Source: an uncultured Pirellulales bacterium (lineage in GTDB: Bacteria; Planctomycetota; Phycisphaerae; Sedimentisphaerales; Anaerobacaceae). Taken from it: DNA of 39,919 bases. Under the pieces are notes generated by a model, which saw only the letters and a program-made list of their open reading frames with translations, had not been told where the DNA came from and did no database searches. A program made the position numbers and the translations under genes. Where the stretch lies: assembly GCA_964538525.1 (NCBI GenBank), contig CAZIED010000001.1:1-39919 (forward strand). Reading direction: 5' to 3'. This document shows, piece after piece, positions 38,788-39,919 of the stretch (positions within the stretch are counted from its first letter, which is position 1; each line of letters starts with the position of its first letter).

Positions 38788-39366
38788 ATGCGTCATAGAA
38801 TAGCCCGGCGTCATTTAAGCCGGACAAGCGAGCATAGGTTGGCTTTGCGTAGGAATCTGGTCGCATCACTTTTTGAGCATGAAACGATTTCAACAACTAT
38901 CGCAAAGGCCAAAGATTCACGGTCTTTTGCCGAGAAGCTGATAACATTGGCCAAGCAGGGTACGTTAACCGCCAGGCGGCGGGCGATAGCCATGCTGGGT
39001 GACCGTGATATTATAAAGGACGAAGATGGCTTGCCAGTCAGAAAAGGCACAATAATTAGGAAATTGTTTAGCGAGCTTGGTCCACGTTACCTGGATAGGT
39101 CTGGAGGCTATACAAGGATTATCCGTTTGTCTATGAACAGATTAGGAGATAATGGTCAGCTCGTCCTGCTACAATTGATAGGACCTGACGAGAAACCTTC
39201 AAAGAAAACCAGAACCGCTGTAAAAAAAGGCACTCGAAAAAAGGCCAAACGGACAGCCGAAGTCAAAAAGGCTGAACAGACCCAAGAAGAGATTAAAGCC
39301 GGCCAGGCAGTCGAAACAGCAGAAACATCCGGCAATAGTGACCGGAAAGATGAATCCAGTCAGTAA
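38788..39366 (+). CDS. rplQ: 50S ribosomal protein L17 with a Lys/Glu-rich C-terminal tail
   Basis: 192 aa; MRHR...R.L.RTS.HR.AL.RNL..SL..HE.I.TT..KAK..R...EKLITLAK is the L17 pattern. The core ends near ...GDNGQLVLLQLIG (about aa 130), followed by ~60 aa of KKTRTAVKKGTRKKAKRTAEVKKAEQTQEE... Confidence 0.94.
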   Translation: MRHRIARRHLSRTSEHRLALRRNLVASLFEHETISTTIAKAKDSRSFAEKLITLAKQGTLTARRRAIAMLGDRDIIKDEDGLPVRKGTIIRKLFSELGPRYLDRSGGYTRIIRLSMNRLGDNGQLVLLQLIGPDEKPSKKTRTAVKKGTRKKAKRTAEVKKAEQTQEEIKAGQAVETAETSGNSDRKDESSQ

Positions 39367-39398
39367 CAGTGACGTATTTTTTTAAGGAACTCTCCAAG

Positions 39399-39815
39399 AT
39401 GACCGTAAATGATTGTGTGTTTTGTAGAATGATTGCAGGGGAGATTCCGGTTAAAAAGATTTATGAGGATGAAGTAGTTCTTAGTTTTTTAGATATTGGC
39501 CCCATAAGCGATGGCCATACATTAGTGATTACAAAGCAGCATTTCGAACAATTGCATGAATGTCCTTGTGAGCTGCTTGGCCATGTTGGTACAAGGCTTG
39601 GCAGGATAGCTAAAGCTGTAGCTGTGGGGATGAATTCGGAGGGCTATAATATTTTATGCAATAACGGCAGGGCGGCTGGGCAACTGATAAATCATTTGCA
39701 TTTTCATATAATCCCCCGCAATAGTGGCGATGGGTTATTTGGTAAATGGCCGTCTTACAAATATAAGGAAGGCAAAATAGAGGCGATTGCGGCTAATATT
39801 CGGAAAAATTTGTGA
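39399..39815 (+). CDS. HIT-family (histidine triad) nucleotide hydrolase
   Basis: CVFCRMIAGEIP...IYEDE.V.SFLDI.P...GHTLVI.K.H...L.........LG.........A......EGYNI..NNG..AGQ.I.HLHFHIIPR contains the HxHxHxx triad. ATG 39399 is preferred over the track's GTG 39369, which starts 2 nt after the rplQ stop. Confidence 0.9.
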   Translation: MTVNDCVFCRMIAGEIPVKKIYEDEVVLSFLDIGPISDGHTLVITKQHFEQLHECPCELLGHVGTRLGRIAKAVAVGMNSEGYNILCNNGRAAGQLINHLHFHIIPRNSGDGLFGKWPSYKYKEGKIEAIAANIRKNL

Positions 39816-39840
39816 TTTATTTTTGTTGCTTTTGTATAAT
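39810..39840 (+). promoter_or_regulatory. Candidate promoter (extended -10) for the downstream tRNA
   Basis: TGTATAAT at 39833-39840 is a consensus TATAAT with an upstream TG. The -35-like TTGTGA at 39810-39815 is weak and the spacer of 19 nt is long. It lies ~30 nt upstream of the tRNA 5' end. Confidence 0.3.
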
Positions 39841-39869
39841 TTGTTTTTTGATATAAATATTGGAATGAT

Positions 39870-39919
39870 CGCGGGGTAGAGCAGTCTGGTAGCTCGTCGG
39901 GCCCATAACCCGGAGGTCG
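39870..39919 (+). tRNA. Initiator-type tRNA-Met (anticodon CAT), 5' two-thirds only (cut by window edge)
   Basis: CGCGGGG-TA-GAGC-AGTCTGGTA-GCTC-G-TCGGG-CCCATAA-CCCGG-AGGTC-G... is nearly identical in layout to E. coli tRNA-fMet (CGCGGGG start, three G:C pairs closing the anticodon stem). The T arm and 3' acceptor lie outside the window. Confidence 0.85.

Overview
This window is almost entirely core housekeeping DNA. It holds one uninterrupted plus-strand translation/transcription supercluster: tRNA-Thr, tuf, rpmG, tRNA-Trp, secE, nusG, rplK-rplA-rplJ-rplL, rpoB-rpoC, rpsL-rpsG-fusA, then the S10, spc and alpha operons through rplQ. Upstream lie a minus-strand secreted DUF3160-like gene cut by the window edge, an XerD-type tyrosine recombinase, and a ~750-aa secreted HEAT/TPR-like protein of unknown function. 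Downstream lie a HIT-family hydrolase and the 5' part of an initiator-type tRNA-Met. The EF-Tu switch-I sequence and the generally extended ribosomal proteins suggest a Planctomycetota-like organism; this is inference and needs a database search. I see no CRISPR array, IS element, prophage, toxin-antitoxin pair or defence-like cassette, and I cannot support a claim of a novel multi-gene system here. The observations worth following up are lineage-specific elaborations of the core machinery. They are: an L22 gene with a ~75-aa N-terminal extension that reads like an XRE-type HTH domain; an attenuator-like set of alternative hairpins plus a strong intrinsic terminator between rpsG and fusA; a 446-nt structured leader with a perfect 20-nt tandem duplication upstream of rpsJ; twin palindromes at the rpoB/rpoC junction; AT-rich tandem duplications and palindromes in spc-operon spacers; no room for rpmD (L30); and an initiator tRNA with C at position 33. 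All start-codon choices, folds and family assignments were made by eye and should be verified computationally.
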